A stretch of 64,000 nt of DNA from Macrostomum hystrix (lineage: Eukaryota; Animalia; Platyhelminthes), in NCBI GenBank assembly GCA_950097015.1, contig CATNEN010000041.1:2418001-2482000 (forward strand), given 5' to 3'. The notes beneath the pieces were generated by a model. It made no database searches and was not told the origin of the DNA. It saw only the letters and a program-made list of their open reading frames with translations. How positions within the stretch are numbered: position 1 is the first letter of the stretch; each line of letters opens with the position of its first letter. Shown in pieces: positions 61,309 to 64,000 of this stretch. Both the position numbers and the translations under genes were made by a program.

Positions 61309-62759
61309 TCACTTCAGCTCCGGGAAGTCCGCAGTGTCGTCCACGCGGAAGTTGGCAGCCTTGGCGGCCGACGCCTGCGACGGGCGGCCACCACCAGCGC
61401 CGGCACCGGGGGCGCCAGCAGCGGCACTGCGGGCGCCGGCGGCACTGCTCTCGCCGCCACGTCCTCCGCGTCCACCGCGACCCCCACGGCCACCGCGACC
61501 GCCGCCGCGGCGACGACCTTCGTCGAAGTTGGCCTGCGGGTTGTTGACGTTCACGTAGAAGTTGGTCTCCACCTCCGACTTCTTCACGATCAGCTGGGCT
61601 GGCGTGGCCTCGGCTTCCTCTTCGTCGTCCTCCTCTTCCTTAGCCAGGCGCTCCTTGCGGTAGGCCGTCATCTCCTTGAAGCCGGACGTGTCTACCTTGC
61701 GACCGGTCTCGCCAGCCTTGGCCTGCAGCTTCGAGCGGTCCTCAGCCTGCTGGCGGCGCCACTCCTCCAGCGTCATCATGGCCTTCGGGGCCGGCTGGTC
61801 CTCGCCAGCGCCTGCGGCCGCCTCCTGGTCCACGGTCTCGGCCCAGTCCTCCTTGACGGCCGGCTCGGCGGGCGCGCCCTGCTGGAGCTGCTCTCTGTGA
61901 AGTGGTTATAATGAGCAGTTTGAGTTGGAAGTAGAAAATTTATTGTGCCTAGGAATGCACATTATTGTGATTACAATAGATGAGCCTTAAGCAAAACGAT
62001 GCAGCAAAACTTACTCAAGATCGTCCTTCACGGTGCCCCAGTTGTGGGCGCCGGCGCCCTCGCGCTTGTCGACAGGCTTCACTCCAGTGGTGGCCGAGCC
62101 CGAGTGCCGCTCGTATTCGCGACCTCGTCCGCGCTGGGCACCGCCAGCTCCGCTGAAGCCGCCACGGCTTCCACGACCTCCACGACTGAAGCCACCACGG
62201 CCGCGACCGCGCGACCTGGCCTCGTCACCGCCAACCGGAGCTCCGGCCTCATCGTCACCGGCAACCTCGCCCTCGCCACCAGCCTCGGCGTCACGGTTGG
62301 CACTAAAGCCACCGAAGCCGCCGCGGCCACGACCGCGGCCAAAACCACCGCCCTGCTGAGCAGCCGGACGGTCTTCGCCCGCGGCAGCCTCCTCACCACC
62401 GGCCGAATCGGCACGCGGCCCACCAAAACTGCCACCTCGACCGCGGCCACCGAAGCCTCCGCGACCCTCACCAAATCCGCCGCGACCCTCACCGAATCCG
62501 CCGCGTCCCTCACCAAATCCGCCACGTCCGCGTCCGCGACCTTCGCCGCCGCCGCGACCACGGCCACGACCGCCAAATCCGCCGCGTCCGCCTTCGCCAG
62601 CCTCTCCTGCCGGGGCGTCGTCTCGGCCGGTTGATGGCCGTGAGCCGAAACCACCTCGCTGCTGTCCGGCGCCACCGCGCCCAAAGCCACGGGCTGGTCT
62701 GTCCTGACCGCCGGTCTCTCCGGTAGCTGGTTCATTGAATCGAGGAATGGCGCTTCGAC
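61309..62759 (-). CDS. SERBP1: SERBP1/HABP4 (vig/Stm1-like) RGG-rich ribosome/mRNA-binding protein, 3' exons complement 62015..62759 and 61309..61894; 5' exon(s) upstream
   Basis: HABP4_PAI-RBP1 hallmarks REYERHSGS...[20 protein letters not shown] boxes and a C-terminal DFPEL. The phase-2 junction GA|gtaagt...cacag|A is consistent. Confidence 0.92.
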
Positions 62760-64000
62760 CTGGGCCAGCGGAGAAAAAATACTTGTTATTTAGGTACTGA
62801 GCACTGGATTGAAGAAAGGCTATAAACATTTCATTTCTTTCTATTTTTATGGTCTTTTACGTGTTTTCCCCCCTAATTTCCGTAACTCCAGCATCGCCAA
62901 CACTTTTAGATTTTCACAAGCAGGTTGTTAGTGCTATTACCTATAAAGTTTTCTTGTAGTAGAAAAATAAATCAATATACAAAAATAGCTTTTAGCCCAG
63001 CTTTTAGACTTCTTTAGACTAAGGTAAGGAATTTATATAGTAGTAAGAAAGTGTCCCAGATATTAAAAAATCTAATTATATCAGTTAATGAAGCTATAAA
63101 CTTGCTACTATCAGTAGAAGTGCAGAAAGCCAAGGTAGAAATTTAGGCAGGTAGCTAGCCCCCAGTTCTAAAGAGTATAGAGCTATATAGGCCTTTAAAA
63201 TGATTGTCATTTGCTATACATCCAGCCCAACTAGCTAAGCATTAACAGACTATTTATCAGTATATAGAATTTTTATTTCTTGCATACAGTGCCCACTGCA
63301 GTGAATTTTGACTGATCTAACTGTAGTCATATCAATAACCAAAGAAGTATGGTCAGTAGCTCAGTTAAAGTATAAAGTTGCAAAGGGAGGGGGAATAAAA
63401 ATTTAAAGTTGATAACCAAGCCTGTAAATTTTTGTACAAAGCTAGAGGGCAACAGTTGGTTGGGTGATTCTAATAATGTTTATTAATAGTTCAGCCAGAT
63501 TTTTGCAGGGATTGAATAATATAATGTGGTAGCTAGTGCTTATGACAAAAAAAACTAGAGTTACTGAGCTAACATTTTAACAAACTTAGACTATTAGCAA
63601 TATGGGTTTCTAGTATACATCGTGTCTAGTAGGTCTGATTGACAATTTTTTAAATTCCTAATTGCCTTATTTGGTTGAGGGTTGGTATGAAAACAAATAT
63701 TAAACTACACTATGTTGCTGGTCTCAAGCTCAACTAACCCTTAACTTTTGTTGAACCCACAAAAATGTATAGATATATATATTTAAATACACAAAAGTTT
63801 GATTGGACGAACAAAGTTAATGTAATATGATAAGGTAAACTTATTAACTGAGTAAAATGCAAAATACAAAAGTGAACAAGCTTTTCTTTTTTTCTTTCAA
63901 TTCTCTGAGTAAAACATATCAATAATATTATACCAAAATTATTTAACAGAATCTAGTTTTTTAAATAATCAGTTTTCAGGCTTGTATTTAGTAACAGATT

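Noticed and set aside
61006-62634. Plus-strand ORFs of 301 and 211 aa; likewise the minus-strand ORFs at 28817-30349 and 42529-44186
   Set aside because: Antisense shadows of GC-rich SERBP1 and tau-like exons.
1-64000. tRNA, rRNA, snRNA or SL RNA genes
   Set aside because: No cloverleaf, rRNA-like or Sm-site/SL structure recognised by eye; an Infernal/tRNAscan run would be needed to exclude them.

Overview
Eukaryotic, intron-rich animal DNA with no prokaryotic features. The combination of GC-rich exons, GTGAG donors, CAG tracts and a different minisatellite in almost every intron suggests the flatworm Macrostomum lignano or a relative; this is inference, not a database result. By rough hand tally about one third of the window is tandem arrays, and most long ORFs in the supplied track are artefacts of them. 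Manual splicing (phases checked) gives these genes: the 3' end of an RRM gene; a highly divergent TEAD YAP-binding-domain-like gene; a Q-rich orphan; a minus-strand orphan; a type I membrane protein with an LDLa module; a roughly 1590-aa Tau/MAP2/MAP4-family gene with six microtubule-binding repeats and a 690-aa last exon; a secreted PAN/apple + fibrinogen-domain protein; a coiled-coil gene possibly spliced onto a roughly 26-ankyrin-repeat exon; and the 3' part of SERBP1. The most interesting observations are the TEAD-like fold that appears to lack its co-activator-binding helices, the six-repeat tau, minisatellites that are amplified splice-site cassettes, the two-type ankyrin array with surface variability, and a probable MITE family carrying a minisatellite. 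All protein assignments are by eye; no searches were run.
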